NCBI GenBank assembly: GCA_963808235.1
Contig: CAWEEQ010000004.1
Span: 2,016,001-2,080,000 of the forward strand
Direction of reading: 5' to 3'
From: an uncultured delta proteobacterium
Lineage (GTDB): Bacteria > Desulfobacterota > Binatia > Binatales > Binataceae
DNA: 64,000 nucleotides
Shown: positions 21,659-31,933 of the stretch, one piece after another
How the letters are laid out: every line of letters starts with the position of its first letter
Numbering within the stretch: the stretch's first letter is position 1
Position numbers and translations under genes: made by a program
The notes under the pieces: model-generated
Databases searched by the model: none
Seen by the model: the letters and a program-made list of their open reading frames with translations, nothing else
What the model was told of the DNA's origin: nothing

Positions 21659-23734
21659 TCATGCTCTCGCGACCGCGCGCGCGAGCAATATCAGCATCAC
21701 CGCGGCGAGCATTCCGTACAGGTACCCATTGATCGAACCAGTCTGAAGCCTGCGCAGCCTGCCGCCCACATCAAGCGTCAGATTGGAGGCGAAATTGACG
21801 AGTCCATCGACAATGTAATGATCGAACAGTCCCGATATCCATGCGAGAAAGATCGTGATCGTCGCGGCAAAGTTTACGACGCCGTCGATCACGTTGGAAT
21901 CGAACCAGGCAAATGCGCGAGTAGCAAAGAGATACGGTTGTACGATCGCTACATCGTAGATTTCATCGACGTAGTACTTATTGAGTACCAAGTCGTATAC
22001 TACTCCGCCGAACATCTGACTAATCTTTGCGGGATCGATCTTCTGCTGCCGGTACATGAGATCGGCGACCAGCCATCCGAGCACAACCATAGTGAATGTG
22101 ATGAACCCGAATGCGGCCTCGGTCCCGTGGCTGTGGATTCCCGACTCGATCAATCGCCGCGTCACCTCAGAGCTGAAAACGGGATCGAGAAATTCCTCGA
22201 AGGGCTTGTAGGTCGCAATGAATTCCGGAATCTTCACGAGCCCGCCGACCACCGAAAGCGCGCCAAGCACGACCAGCACGTAGGCCATCGACGGTGGCGA
22301 CTCGTGCAGATGATGCTCCTGCTCGTGAGTCCCGCGGAACTCGCCAAAGAACGTCATGTAGACCTGGCGGAACATGTAGAAGACCGTGATCCCTGCGCCA
22401 ATCAGCAGCATCGCCCAAACCACGACGTGGCCGTGAGAAAAGGCTTGCCAGATAATTTCGTCCTTTGACATGAAGCCGGCGAATGGCGGCACGCCGGAGA
22501 TTGCGAGAGTCGCGGCGAAGAACGTCAGAAAGGTGATCGGCATCTTGTGCCGGAGCGCGCCCATCTTGCGCATGTCCTGCTCTCCGCCCATCGCATGGAT
22601 GACGGAACCGGCGCCGAGGAACAAGCATGCTTTGAAGAACGCATGAGTCATCAGATGAAAGACGCCAGCCGAGTACGCGCCGACTCCGAGCGCCGCGAAC
22701 ATGTAGCCGAGCTGGCTCACAGTCGAGTAGGCGAGGACCTTCTTGATGTCGTTTTGCGCGATGCCGATGGTCGCGGCGAAAAGCGCCGTCGATGCGCCGA
22801 CCACCGCGATCACCGTCAACGTAAACGGCGACATCGAGAAAAGAAAGTTGAGTCGCGCGACCATGTAGATGCCCGCGGTGACCATCGTGGCGGCGTGAAT
22901 CAGCGCGCTGACCGGAGTCGGACCCGCCATCGCATCCGGCAGCCACACGAACAGCGGAATCTGCGCGGACTTGCCGGTCGCTCCGATGAACATCAAAAGC
23001 GTCACGAAGCCGACCAGCTGATGCGCTGAGTGAAAGCCCGCGAAGTTGATCGGCATGCCTTGCAACATCGGCGCGTACCCTGCAATCTCGCGCGTGATGA
23101 GCGTGGGATGCCCGACAGATCCGAGCGCGGCGAACAGGCTGAAGAGCGCGATCACGAAGGCGAGGTCGCCGATCCGATTCACGATGAATGCCTTGTTGCC
23201 GGCGGTGGTGTTGGCGAGCACCTTGTACCAGAAGCCAATCAGCGCGAACGAGCACAGCCCGACACCTTCCCATCCCACGAACATCAGCCACAGGTTGTCG
23301 CCGAGAACGAGCACCAGCATCGCGAAGGTGAACAGGTTGAGCCATCCGAAGAAGCGCCAGTAGCCGTCGTCGTCGTGCATGTAGCCGGTCGAGTAGATGT
23401 GGATGAGTCCGCCGACGCCGGTGATTATCAGCGTCATCACCATCGAGAGCGGATCGAGCCAGAACGCGATGTCGAGATTCAGTCCGCCGACGTCGAACCA
23501 TCGCCAGAGGTCGTCGAGCATGAAGCGGTTTTCGGGCGCCAACCCGAGCATCGCGCGGAAAGCGCCCAACGCGATCATGAAGGCGAAGATGACGACGCCG
23601 CATCCGACCAGGCTGATTGCTCGTTTGCCGAAGGTCTTCTGCAACCACGCGCCGGCAAGGAAATTGATCGCCGCGCCGACCAGTGGCAACAGCACGATCA
23701 ACCTGATGAAGGTAACGTTTATCGGATGGTCCAT
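21659..23734 (-). CDS. nuoL: NADH-quinone oxidoreductase subunit L
   Basis: GWEGVGLCS, KSAQIPL.VWLPDAMAGPTPVSALIHAATMV. Confidence 0.97.
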   Translation of the reverse strand: MDHPINVTFIRLIVLLPLVGAAINFLAGAWLQKTFGKRAISLVGCGVVIFAFMIALGAFRAMLGLAPENRFMLDDLWRWFDVGGLNLDIAFWLDPLSMVMTLIITGVGGLIHIYSTGYMHDDDGYWRFFGWLNLFTFAMLVLVLGDNLWLMFVGWEGVGLCSFALIGFWYKVLANTTAGNKAFIVNRIGDLAFVIALFSLFAALGSVGHPTLITREIAGYAPMLQGMPINFAGFHSAHQLVGFVTLLMFIGATGKSAQIPLFVWLPDAMAGPTPVSALIHAATMVTAGIYMVARLNFLFSMSPFTLTVIAVVGASTALFAATIGIAQNDIKKVLAYSTVSQLGYMFAALGVGAYSAGVFHLMTHAFFKACLFLGAGSVIHAMGGEQDMRKMGALRHKMPITFLTFFAATLAISGVPPFAGFMSKDEIIWQAFSHGHVVVWAMLLIGAGITVFYMFRQVYMTFFGEFRGTHEQEHHLHESPPSMAYVLVVLGALSVVGGLVKIPEFIATYKPFEEFLDPVFSSEVTRRLIESGIHSHGTEAAFGFITFTMVVLGWLVADLMYRQQKIDPAKISQMFGGVVYDLVLNKYYVDEIYDVAIVQPYLFATRAFAWFDSNVIDGVVNFAATITIFLAWISGLFDHYIVDGLVNFASNLTLDVGGRLRRLQTGSINGYLYGMLAAVMLILLARAVARA

Positions 23735-23891
23735 CGCCTAGCGCCCAATCTTCCTTATCGACTGCGCGAATTCCCAATTCATGAAATCAGCCGCGCTGAT
23801 ATAAGCAGAAAACAGGGGTGCCCGAAAGGTAAACTGCATCGGCGCGCAGGGCTGCGCAAACGCGGAAAATACAGCGTGAAACGCGATGCGT

Positions 23892-24206
23892 CTATCCACT
23901 CAGAGTCTCGGTCGCGTCGACATCAATCGTTTTGAAATTCTGATAAATCGCCAGCACGACCGCGAGACCGATCACCGCTTCGGCGGCCGCCAGCATGATC
24001 ACGAAAATTGCGAAGATTTGTCCGTCGTACTTTCCACCGCCATAGAACGCGAACGCGAGATAGTTGATGTTGGCGGAGTTGAGAATGAGTTCGACTCCCA
24101 TCAGGATTCCGATCGCGTTGCGCCGGGTCAGAACCGTGAAGATACCGAGCGAGAAGATGACCAGACTCAGGACCAGGAAATGGTCAAGCGTGATTCCTCC
24201 GCCCAT
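23892..24206 (-). CDS. nuoK: NADH-quinone oxidoreductase subunit K
   Basis: RRN...LMGVELILNSAN, AAAEAVIGLA. Confidence 0.96.
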   Translation of the reverse strand: MGGGITLDHFLVLSLVIFSLGIFTVLTRRNAIGILMGVELILNSANINYLAFAFYGGGKYDGQIFAIFVIMLAAAEAVIGLAVVLAIYQNFKTIDVDATETLSG

Positions 24207-24217
24207 CCCCAGCTCCC

Positions 24218-24715
24218 CTACTCCTTCGCCTCGTGGCGCGAGATGACTATCGCGCCGATTAGCGCCGCGAGCAGAACCAGCGACGCGACTTCGAACGGCA
24301 ACACATAATCGCCCAGGAATGCGTTACCGATTGCATAAGTGGTTGGCGCGATCGAGACAGCTGTCGCCTGATGCCATGGCGTGCGCATTACCGCATACAT
24401 CATCAGGCTGGCGGCGATTCCAACTGTTACGATCGCGGAGCCGGTGCCAACCGCGCGATTGGATACCGTAACGTCGGCGATTCCGGCCGTCAGCATCACC
24501 GCGAATATAGTCAGTACCAGGATTCCACCGACATAGACTAGCAACTGCACCATAGCTACAAAGTCCGCGGCGAGTAGTATGTAGATACCTACTACACCCA
24601 TGAACGCGCCGAGCAACGCGAACGTCGAGTAGACAATGTTGCGGGAGAACGCGACCATCACCGCGGAGCCTACGGTCAGCGCGGCGAGCGCATAGAAAAT
24701 CGCCTGTGCAAGCAT
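24218..24715 (-). CDS. nuoJ: NADH-quinone oxidoreductase subunit J
   Basis: QLLVYVGGILVL, PFEVASLVLLAALIGA. Confidence 0.95.
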   Translation of the reverse strand: MLAQAIFYALAALTVGSAVMVAFSRNIVYSTFALLGAFMGVVGIYILLAADFVAMVQLLVYVGGILVLTIFAVMLTAGIADVTVSNRAVGTGSAIVTVGIAASLMMYAVMRTPWHQATAVSIAPTTYAIGNAFLGDYVLPFEVASLVLLAALIGAIVISRHEAKE

Positions 24716-24748
24716 CGGATTCGACTCTCCCCGTTCGTCTTCGATCCG

Positions 24749-25315
24749 CTAGGCCGGTTCTTCCTCGGCCGGCTTTTCGCCGCCCGGCTGCGCCCATTGA
24801 TCGAGGTAGGTCATGCCGCGATTCAGAATCGGCGCGATTCGCGGATCGGTTTCCGGCCCCTTTTTGGGCTTGTAGGCAATCACCGGATCCTTGACGAAGC
24901 GGCGGATCAGACTTTCCAGCGAATAGTCAGCGCCCTCGAACTCAGTCGTGTGATGAATCGAACCAGTAGGGCATGGCTCACTGCATAGTCCGCAGTACAT
25001 GCATTTGGCTATATCGATATCAAACTGCGAGAGCAGCATCTGGCGCGTCTGAGGATCCTTGTCGACCACAATGACTATGCAGTCGATCGGACAGGCGCGC
25101 TCGCAGGCGAGGCATCCGGTGCAGATTTCGAGATCGACTTCCAATATTCCGCGATAGCGGAACGGCAGCGTGTCCTGCACCCGCACCGGCATCCGATCGG
25201 GATACTGCACCGTGTAGGGCTTGCGCATAAAATGCGACGCGGTCACGGCCATCCCTTCGAAAATCGTAAAGACCGTATCTTTAATATTTTGTGCGTATTC
25301 GGAAACTGCGCTCAT
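24749..25315 (-). CDS. nuoI: NADH-quinone oxidoreductase subunit I
   Basis: Two CxxCxxCxxxCP 4Fe-4S motifs, TVQYP. Confidence 0.95.
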   Translation of the reverse strand: MSAVSEYAQNIKDTVFTIFEGMAVTASHFMRKPYTVQYPDRMPVRVQDTLPFRYRGILEVDLEICTGCLACERACPIDCIVIVVDKDPQTRQMLLSQFDIDIAKCMYCGLCSEPCPTGSIHHTTEFEGADYSLESLIRRFVKDPVIAYKPKKGPETDPRIAPILNRGMTYLDQWAQPGGEKPAEEEPA

Positions 25316-25322
25316 CGGGCCT

Positions 25323-26513
25323 CTATATAGTCGGATTGAAGTAGACTTCCATCCGCGAACGCTTGAGATAGTAGATAACGCGCTGGATGAATACGACCGC
25401 GAGCGCGATTCCGGCCGCCAACATTATATAGCCCATCGCCGCGTTGCCGTCGGGCCAAATCGCGACCCAGACCGCGGTCCCGATCATGTTCACGAACGCG
25501 ATCGGCACGAAGTATTTCCAGCACACAGTCATCAGTTGATCGATCCGCACGCGCGGCAGGGTCGCGCGAATCCACATCGAAACGAAAACCAGGAATAGTA
25601 CTTTGACGTTGAACACGATTACTTCAAGAATGTTCATCGCGACCACGTTGTTGGTCACGTGCGGGAACTGCCATCCGCCGAGGAACAAGGTCGTTATGAT
25701 CGCGCCGATGATGAACAGATTTCCCCACTCCGCCATGAAGAAGAACAAGTAGCGCATCCCGCTGTACTCAGTTGCGAAACCGGCCACCAGTTCGGATTCG
25801 GCTTCGGGCAAGTCAAACGGAGTGCGATTACCCTCGGCGAGCGCGGATATATAAAGGATATTCGCGGCGACGAACGTGAACGGATTAGCGAACAGGAACC
25901 AATGTTGCGGCGCCCATCCCTGGCCCTTGATGATCCCTTGCATCGAAAGTGTCCCGGTCATCATCACGACCGGGAAGATCGAAAGCCCCGCGGGAATTTC
26001 GTAACTGACTATTTGCGCCGCCGAACGGATTCCTCCGATCAACGACCACTTGTCATTCGATGCCCATCCCGCCATCAGCACGCCAACCACCGTGAGCGCC
26101 GTCACCGACGTCATGTAGAGGATGCCGACGTTCATGTCGGCGAGAATCAGCGACGACGAAAAAGGCATCACCGCCCACGGCAGAATGAATGCGAGGATCA
26201 CCAGGTACGGCGCAAGCTTGAAGAGCGGTGCATCCGCCTCGTCAGGGATGATGTCTTCCTTGCAGACATTTTTCACACCGTCGGCCAACCACTGGAGAAA
26301 TCCCTGGGGACCCACACGGTTGGGACCGACGCGCGACTGGATTCGAGCCCATACCCGGCGCTCAGCCCAGCTAACGATCCCGGCAAATGGAAACGCGACG
26401 CCGAGGAAGACTACAGCGCTCATCACGAAGATTACGATCGCGGCGACAATCGACGGCGACGCATTGCGCCCGAATGTGCCCGACGCGATCAGGTTGTGAA
26501 TCAGGGTCTCCAT
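25323..26513 (-). CDS. nuoH: NADH-quinone oxidoreductase subunit H
   Basis: Q.RVGPNRVGP, NRTPFDLPEAESELVAG. Confidence 0.97.
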   Translation of the reverse strand: METLIHNLIASGTFGRNASPSIVAAIVIFVMSAVVFLGVAFPFAGIVSWAERRVWARIQSRVGPNRVGPQGFLQWLADGVKNVCKEDIIPDEADAPLFKLAPYLVILAFILPWAVMPFSSSLILADMNVGILYMTSVTALTVVGVLMAGWASNDKWSLIGGIRSAAQIVSYEIPAGLSIFPVVMMTGTLSMQGIIKGQGWAPQHWFLFANPFTFVAANILYISALAEGNRTPFDLPEAESELVAGFATEYSGMRYLFFFMAEWGNLFIIGAIITTLFLGGWQFPHVTNNVVAMNILEVIVFNVKVLFLVFVSMWIRATLPRVRIDQLMTVCWKYFVPIAFVNMIGTAVWVAIWPDGNAAMGYIMLAAGIALAVVFIQRVIYYLKRSRMEVYFNPTI

Positions 26514-26538
26514 CTAGCTCTAACGAACCTATCTCTGT

Positions 26539-27657
26539 TTAACGATCTATCTCCGGCGCGATCACGTCGAGGCTCGCGATCAGCGTGACCAGGTCCGCGA
26601 TCATCAAACCTGCGCTCAGTTTCTGGATGATCCCCATCGCCGCGAACGAGCCGGTGCGCACATGAACCCGCCACGGATAGCCGGTCCCGTCGCTCACCAA
26701 GTACCAACCCATGTCGCCGCGCCCGCTCTCGAGTCGAATCTGGCATTCGCCCGCGGGAGGCTTGAAATTGCGCGCGACCTTCGCGAGCACTGGCCCCTGC
26801 GGAATTTGCGCGAGCGCCTGGCGGAGGATCTTTGACGACTGCGCCATCTCGCGAATCCGTATGACGTAGCGGTCCATCGAGTCGCCGAGCTTGCCCCAAT
26901 GCCCGTCGCCAATCGGCACCTCGAACTCAAAATCCGGATAGGCGGAATAGGGAATGTCTTTGCGGATATCCCACTTGATTCCGCACGCGCGCAGATTGGG
27001 CCCGACCAGGTTGTAGTTTATCGCGTCGGCGGGCGTGATCACACCGACGTTCGCCAGCCGCTCGACGTAGATTTTATTCCACGAGATGAGCGCGTTGTAT
27101 TCTTCGAGAATCGGATCGAAATGATCCAGGTATGCCAGCGCCTTCTCGCGCCATCCGGGCGGGAGATCCCATGCGACGCCGCCGATTCTCATATAGTTAA
27201 ATGTCAGCCGCGCACCGCATAGCTCTTCGATCAGATCGTTGATCATCTCGCGCTCGCGGATCGCGTGGGTGAACGGCGTCACCGCGCCAATATCCATCGC
27301 CATCGCGCCGACCGACAGCAGATGCGACGCGATCCGATTGAACTCCGCGGCGATCACGCGGCAGTATTCGCCGCGCTTCGGCACTTCGATTCCCGCGATT
27401 TTCTCGCAGGCCATCCCCCAGCCCTGGTTGGTGAACATCGCGCACACGTAATCGACGCGATCGGTGTAGGGCATGAAGCCGTGATAGCCGACTTTCTCCG
27501 CAATCTTCTCGATCGACCGATGCAGGTAGCCGACGTCCGGGATCGCCTCGCGCATCACCTCGCCGTCGGCGCGCACCACGAAGCGCAACACCCCGTGCGT
27601 GGACGGATGCTGCGGGCCCATGTTGAGCGTCATCTCTTCGGTATGCAGCGTGCTCAT
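26539..27657 (-). CDS. nuoD: NADH-quinone oxidoreductase subunit D
   Basis: [29 protein letters not shown]-terminal EIDR; no NiFe CxxC pairs. Confidence 0.97.
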   Translation of the reverse strand: MSTLHTEEMTLNMGPQHPSTHGVLRFVVRADGEVMREAIPDVGYLHRSIEKIAEKVGYHGFMPYTDRVDYVCAMFTNQGWGMACEKIAGIEVPKRGEYCRVIAAEFNRIASHLLSVGAMAMDIGAVTPFTHAIREREMINDLIEELCGARLTFNYMRIGGVAWDLPPGWREKALAYLDHFDPILEEYNALISWNKIYVERLANVGVITPADAINYNLVGPNLRACGIKWDIRKDIPYSAYPDFEFEVPIGDGHWGKLGDSMDRYVIRIREMAQSSKILRQALAQIPQGPVLAKVARNFKPPAGECQIRLESGRGDMGWYLVSDGTGYPWRVHVRTGSFAAMGIIQKLSAGLMIADLVTLIASLDVIAPEIDR

Positions 27658-28163
27658 TTCGCTTTCGTGTTGAGCCGGATTATCGGGCTCTCCCTGACTG
27701 TTGAGATTCCGTGATACTCGGCCGGCTCGACGAAATCCTTGCGCAGTGGATGACCGATCCAGTCTTCGGGCATCAGGATTCGGCGCATGTCGCTGTGCCC
27801 TTCGAAATTTACGCCGAGCAGGTCGAAAATTTCGCGCTCCATCCAGTTGGCCGACTTCCAGATGGTTTCCACGGTCGCAACAGCCGGATTCTCGCGCGGC
27901 AGTTTCACTTTCAACACCGCGGTGTGGCGATGCTTGTACGAAAACAAATGATAGACGACCTCGATCCGGTCTTTGTAATCCACCCCGCTCTGATTCGAAA
28001 GACAGTCCATCGCGAGCTCGGGATCCTCATTCATGAAGCGCGCGATCTCGACGATTGCGCCCGGATCAATCACCGCGAACGGGTCCGGTTTCTTGTCGAC
28101 TGTCTCCAGAACGCGATCACCGAAGCGATTCTTGACCCGCTCGAGTATTTGGAGCGGTTCCAT
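27654..28163 (-). CDS. nuoC: NADH-quinone oxidoreductase subunit C
   Basis: [21 protein letters not shown]...W.GHPLRKD. Confidence 0.96.
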   Translation of the reverse strand: MEPLQILERVKNRFGDRVLETVDKKPDPFAVIDPGAIVEIARFMNEDPELAMDCLSNQSGVDYKDRIEVVYHLFSYKHRHTAVLKVKLPRENPAVATVETIWKSANWMEREIFDLLGVNFEGHSDMRRILMPEDWIGHPLRKDFVEPAEYHGISTVRESPIIRLNTKAK

Positions 28164-28165
28164 GC

Positions 28166-28678
28166 TTACGCGGCCGCGACCTTACCGTTGCCGTTGCTCG
28201 GCGCGCGCGAAAGCCAGCGCTCGGTCATGATTTTTTCCTGCAACTTCAAGAGGCCTTCGGTCAGCGCCTCGGGACGCGGCGGACAGCCGGGAACGTACAC
28301 GTCGACCGGCAGAATCTTGTCCACGCCGTCGCACACCGAATAGGCGAGCTGGAAAAGGCCGCCGCAACTCGCGCAGGAACCCATAGAGATGACGTACTTG
28401 GGATCGGGCATCTGGTCGTAGAGCAGCCGGGTGCGAAGCGCCATTTTCAGGGTGAGAGTTCCCGCGACGATCATAAGATCGGATTGACGCGCCGACGCGC
28501 GCGGCGAGGCGCCAAAACGGTCGATATCGGCGCGCGGACCGCCGGTATGCATCAGCTCGATCGCGCAGCAGGCAAGGCCGAACAGCATGTACCAGATACT
28601 CGACTTGCGCATCCAGTTCAGCAGCTCGTCGGTCTTGGTAGTCAAAACATAATCGGGAAGTGTGTTGAGCAAGGGCAT
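28166..28678 (-). CDS. nuoB: NADH-quinone oxidoreductase subunit B
   Basis: [27 protein letters not shown]. Confidence 0.97.
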   Translation of the reverse strand: MPLLNTLPDYVLTTKTDELLNWMRKSSIWYMLFGLACCAIELMHTGGPRADIDRFGASPRASARQSDLMIVAGTLTLKMALRTRLLYDQMPDPKYVISMGSCASCGGLFQLAYSVCDGVDKILPVDVYVPGCPPRPEALTEGLLKLQEKIMTERWLSRAPSNGNGKVAAA

Positions 28679-28687
28679 ATAAGAACC

Positions 28688-29080
28688 TCAGTCTTCGACC
28701 GGTACTTTCTTGACCCATTCGAGGTCGTGCTTAACCCAAACATAAACCAGGCCTACGAACAGGATCAGCAGGAAAATTAAAATTTCGCTAAGCGCGTAAA
28801 GGCGGCGTCCCGAGCGGACCCAATCGAGGTAGACCGCCGCAATCGGATACACGAATGCAACTTCGACTTCGAAGACCACGAAGATAAGCGCGATCAGGTA
28901 GAAGCGGACGTTGAAGTTGATCCAGGCGCGGCCGGTCGGCGGTTCACCGCATTCGTAGGGAATCAGCTTGCGATCGTAGGGATTGCTCGGCGCGAGAAGC
29001 TTCTGCAGCCCGAACATCAGCGCCACGAAGCCGATTCCGATGATCGTCAGGGCGAGTGCGACGCCGAAATTGAAATACAT
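28688..29080 (-). CDS. nuoA: NADH-quinone oxidoreductase subunit A
   Basis: PYECG, FYLIALIFVVFEVE. Confidence 0.96.
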   Translation of the reverse strand: MYFNFGVALALTIIGIGFVALMFGLQKLLAPSNPYDRKLIPYECGEPPTGRAWINFNVRFYLIALIFVVFEVEVAFVYPIAAVYLDWVRSGRRLYALSEILIFLLILFVGLVYVWVKHDLEWVKKVPVED

Positions 29081-29097
29081 GCTACTTTACCGAGTCC

Positions 29098-29126
29098 TCA
29101 TTAATTGGACCGGGCGAAACTGTCAA
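29098..29126 (-). promoter_or_regulatory. Possible sigma70 promoter of the nuo operon
   Basis: Perfect TTGACA on the minus strand (29126-29121) followed by AT-rich CAATTAATGA; the -10 match is imperfect. Confidence 0.35.
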
Positions 29127-29217
29127 GAAGGATCGCTTCACGTTCGATGTTTCTGGCTTAAGAATATCTTAATTCGAAAGCGCTACAAACTGGTCGCAGA
29201 CGGGACCCCGGCGACCG

Positions 29218-29478
29218 CTATTTGTGCTGCTTTAACACCACCTTAAGGGCCGAGGCGTCGAGCCAGGCGCCGTCGCCCCTGGGGCACGCCATCATGGGCA
29301 CTCCGAACTCGGTTTTGGCGACCAGGAACTCCTTGCAATGCGGACATGCGACATGGCTCAAGCGCTCTTTCATCTTCTCGAGCAGTTCCCCGTCGCGCTG
29401 GCGCGCCCACTGATCTTCGCGGGCTGCCTCGGCGTCGTGAATCTTGCTACCGAGCCGGTCTTTGTTGTCGCCTGCCAT
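29218..29478 (-). CDS. Small zf-TFIIB-type zinc-ribbon protein
   Basis: CPHC...CPRGDGAWLD; charged helical N-terminus. Confidence 0.75.
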   Translation of the reverse strand: MAGDNKDRLGSKIHDAEAAREDQWARQRDGELLEKMKERLSHVACPHCKEFLVAKTEFGVPMMACPRGDGAWLDASALKVVLKQHK

Positions 29479-29497
29479 GGGCTTCTCCTGTCGGGGA

Positions 29498-29836
29498 TCA
29501 GATCATTTCCTTGATCAACTTGCCGCTGCGCGCCTTCTCGACGGTGGCGTCGAATTTCGATCCGAGATCGACGCCCATCTCCTTGGCGCGCTTCTTCGCC
29601 CAGAGTCCGACGTTGCGCGAGTCGCGATAATAGGACTCGTCGCGCGGCTTGGACGGGTCGAAGCTCGCGAGCCGGGACGACTCGCTCTCGACCACCGCGA
29701 ACGACGACATCACGCGCTTCAAGCGCGTCGACCCGCAATCCGGACACAGTGGACGCTCGCGCCGGCGTGGCGATCCCATCACCACGTGCGAACTCACCAC
29801 CCGGCATCGCGCGCACTCGTACTCAAATATGGGCAT
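29498..29836 (-). CDS. FmdB-family zinc ribbon protein
   Basis: MPIFEYECARC...CPDCGS..LKRVMS. Confidence 0.9.
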   Translation of the reverse strand: MPIFEYECARCRVVSSHVVMGSPRRRERPLCPDCGSTRLKRVMSSFAVVESESSRLASFDPSKPRDESYYRDSRNVGLWAKKRAKEMGVDLGSKFDATVEKARSGKLIKEMI

Positions 29837-29897
29837 CTGGATCGCAAGGATATCCCGCGCGCAGCACGCTCGCAATTCGGGGCCAAAGACGAGCGGG

Positions 29898-30170
29898 TCA
29901 CGATGAAGTCTGGCTGGTGTCGTCGTGTTTGGGTGGCGAGACGGGCCGCCAGCTCTCGCGAACGTCGAGGACCGGGCCTGCGAGCGGATTGCCGATCATG
30001 AACAGCAGGCCGATTGCGCCGACCACAAGACCGCATCCGAGCCACCAGAGCGACCGGTACTCGACGCCGAGCGCGAGCATCGCGAGCGCCCAGAGCGGGA
30101 TTATCAGAGATACGACGAAGCGCATCAGCGCGCTTATCGCATGCTCAGCCTGTTCCGCCGGGTCAGCCAT
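29898..30170 (-). CDS. Small hypothetical membrane protein
   Basis: Two hydrophobic segments, GAGAGA before ATG, operon position. Confidence 0.6.
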   Translation of the reverse strand: MADPAEQAEHAISALMRFVVSLIIPLWALAMLALGVEYRSLWWLGCGLVVGAIGLLFMIGNPLAGPVLDVRESWRPVSPPKHDDTSQTSS

Positions 30171-30178
30171 CGATCTCT

Positions 30179-31933
30179 CTATTTAGCGGCTCCGGGCGAA
30201 ATTTCAAATAGCGCCGGCGGCCCTCCGCCACCGATCAGATTAGATTGCGCGACGTGCTTTAGTCGTGCGCGATATTCCGGCGCCATCGCATTCAGGTCGC
30301 GCGGCGTCGCGAGCAGGTAGACGGGTTTTCCAGCGGGAGGATTCGCGCATCGGTGATCACTGAGATCAGGTACTGCCGCGCCGTAATAGTAGGACAGCTC
30401 GTAATTGATTCCAGACGCGATACACAACTGATCGCCTTTGACACGTTCCGCAACGACTGGAACGAAACTCTTCACACTGCGCATTTCGGCGAGACGGGGC
30501 CGCATCGTGATGGTCCAGAACAGACAGAGAACAAGCGCGCTGAGACCGAATGCAATGCCGCTTCCGAGCGCACTGCGTAACGGGCGCCGGACCAGGATCA
30601 ATATTTCGATAGAGGCGGCGACTATCCAAACGGCGAACAATGCGGAGATGGGCGCCTCCGACCAAGCTACAGATTTGAAGATCGCGTAGTAGGCGGAGTC
30701 GCTCGACTGAAGTTTTACCTGCGGTGCATGGTCAGAAAAAAATGCGATGAAAAGAATCGCGAAGATTGGGCCGAATACAAATGCTGCGACGAGTATGTCG
30801 CGCAACTTCGCAGCGGCGGCGCGTACTCCGTTGAATGTGAATGCGGACGCGCACAGGATCGCGATTCCTGGCAGCGCGGGCAGGATATAGTCGTCGCGCT
30901 TGACGCTCGCGATCGAGAAAAAGATCAGCACCGCCAGTGGCATGCTCGCCTGATAGATCACCGCACGACGCTTTTCGTCGGCAAGCCCATTGGAGGCCAA
31001 AGCGAGCAGCGCAGGCGGCACCAGGAGCGTCATCGGAAACGCGCCGCCCAGCAGTCGCGCGGCGATAAAATAGAAAGGCCGATAACTCTCGCCGGTGCCG
31101 CCAAGCTGGTCGGGCATGAAGTGGCCGAGATTCTCGGCGAAGATGATCCGCAGGATCTTTTGCCCGCCGACGATCGACGCAGGCACGTACCAGACCGCGC
31201 CGAACACGACGACCGTTCCTAACACCTGCCACGGCCAGCGCTCGCGTATGAGCGGGAGCGGGCTTCGGCGCATGAAGATCAGATAGAGCAACGCGGACAG
31301 CGCGCACAGGATGATCGCGACCGGGCCCTTGGTCAGAACTCCGAGACCAAGGATCACGCCAACAAGGATCGTTCGGCGCGGTGAGCCGCGTGCGGGCTCG
31401 TCGAGCAGCGGAAAAATCAGCGAATAGGAGGCGAAGAGCAGAAGCGTCAGGAGCATGTCGGTCAGCGCCTCGGTCGCGCGCGACGCAAATCCGTAGGTGC
31501 CGAGGAGAAAGGCGAACGCGAGCCATCCTTCGAGCGCGCCGACGTTTGCGGCGGTCCACGCGAGTAAGCAAACCGCGAGCGCGGTGCCCGCGGCCAGGGA
31601 GACCGCTCGGGCGCGAACTTCGTCAACCGTGCCGCCGCTGAGTTTTGCGACCGTTGCGGAGAGCCAATAGAAAAGTGGCGGCTTGCGGTCGATATAGCCG
31701 TATGCATCGCGCGGGATCAGCCAGTGGCCGTCGCGCACGATGCTCTGAATCCATTGCGCGGATTGCGGTTCCGCGTCCTTTTGAAACGGTGCGCTGATTC
31801 CCTGGGCTAGAATAATTAGCGCGAACAATGCTGCGGCCACGAGTATTGCGGGTCGGATGCTCGCGGGACGCGTCGCGGCATGCGGCTCGTCGATAGTCAC
31901 GGACGGCGCGCCGTCGCGATTGGCTTGAGCCAT
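30179..31933 (-). CDS. ArnT/PMT-family (GT-C) glycosyltransferase
   Basis: KPPLFYWL, LTKGP, K...YILP motifs; multiple TM helices. Confidence 0.9.
   Translation of the reverse strand: MAQANRDGAPSVTIDEPHAATRPASIRPAILVAAALFALIILAQGISAPFQKDAEPQSAQWIQSIVRDGHWLIPRDAYGYIDRKPPLFYWLSATVAKLSGGTVDEVRARAVSLAAGTALAVCLLAWTAANVGALEGWLAFAFLLGTYGFASRATEALTDMLLTLLLFASYSLIFPLLDEPARGSPRRTILVGVILGLGVLTKGPVAIILCALSALLYLIFMRRSPLPLIRERWPWQVLGTVVVFGAVWYVPASIVGGQKILRIIFAENLGHFMPDQLGGTGESYRPFYFIAARLLGGAFPMTLLVPPALLALASNGLADEKRRAVIYQASMPLAVLIFFSIASVKRDDYILPALPGIAILCASAFTFNGVRAAAAKLRDILVAAFVFGPIFAILFIAFFSDHAPQVKLQSSDSAYYAIFKSVAWSEAPISALFAVWIVAASIEILILVRRPLRSALGSGIAFGLSALVLCLFWTITMRPRLAEMRSVKSFVPVVAERVKGDQLCIASGINYELSYYYGAAVPDLSDHRCANPPAGKPVYLLATPRDLNAMAPEYRARLKHVAQSNLIGGGGPPALFEISPGAAK

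Noticed and set aside
22167-23777. 536-aa Arg-rich ORF
   Set aside because: Alternative frame inside nuoL
26539-28678. NuoB/C/D as a group 4 NiFe hydrogenase
   Set aside because: The large subunit lacks both CxxC Ni-binding motifs, and NuoB has the adjacent CC of complex I
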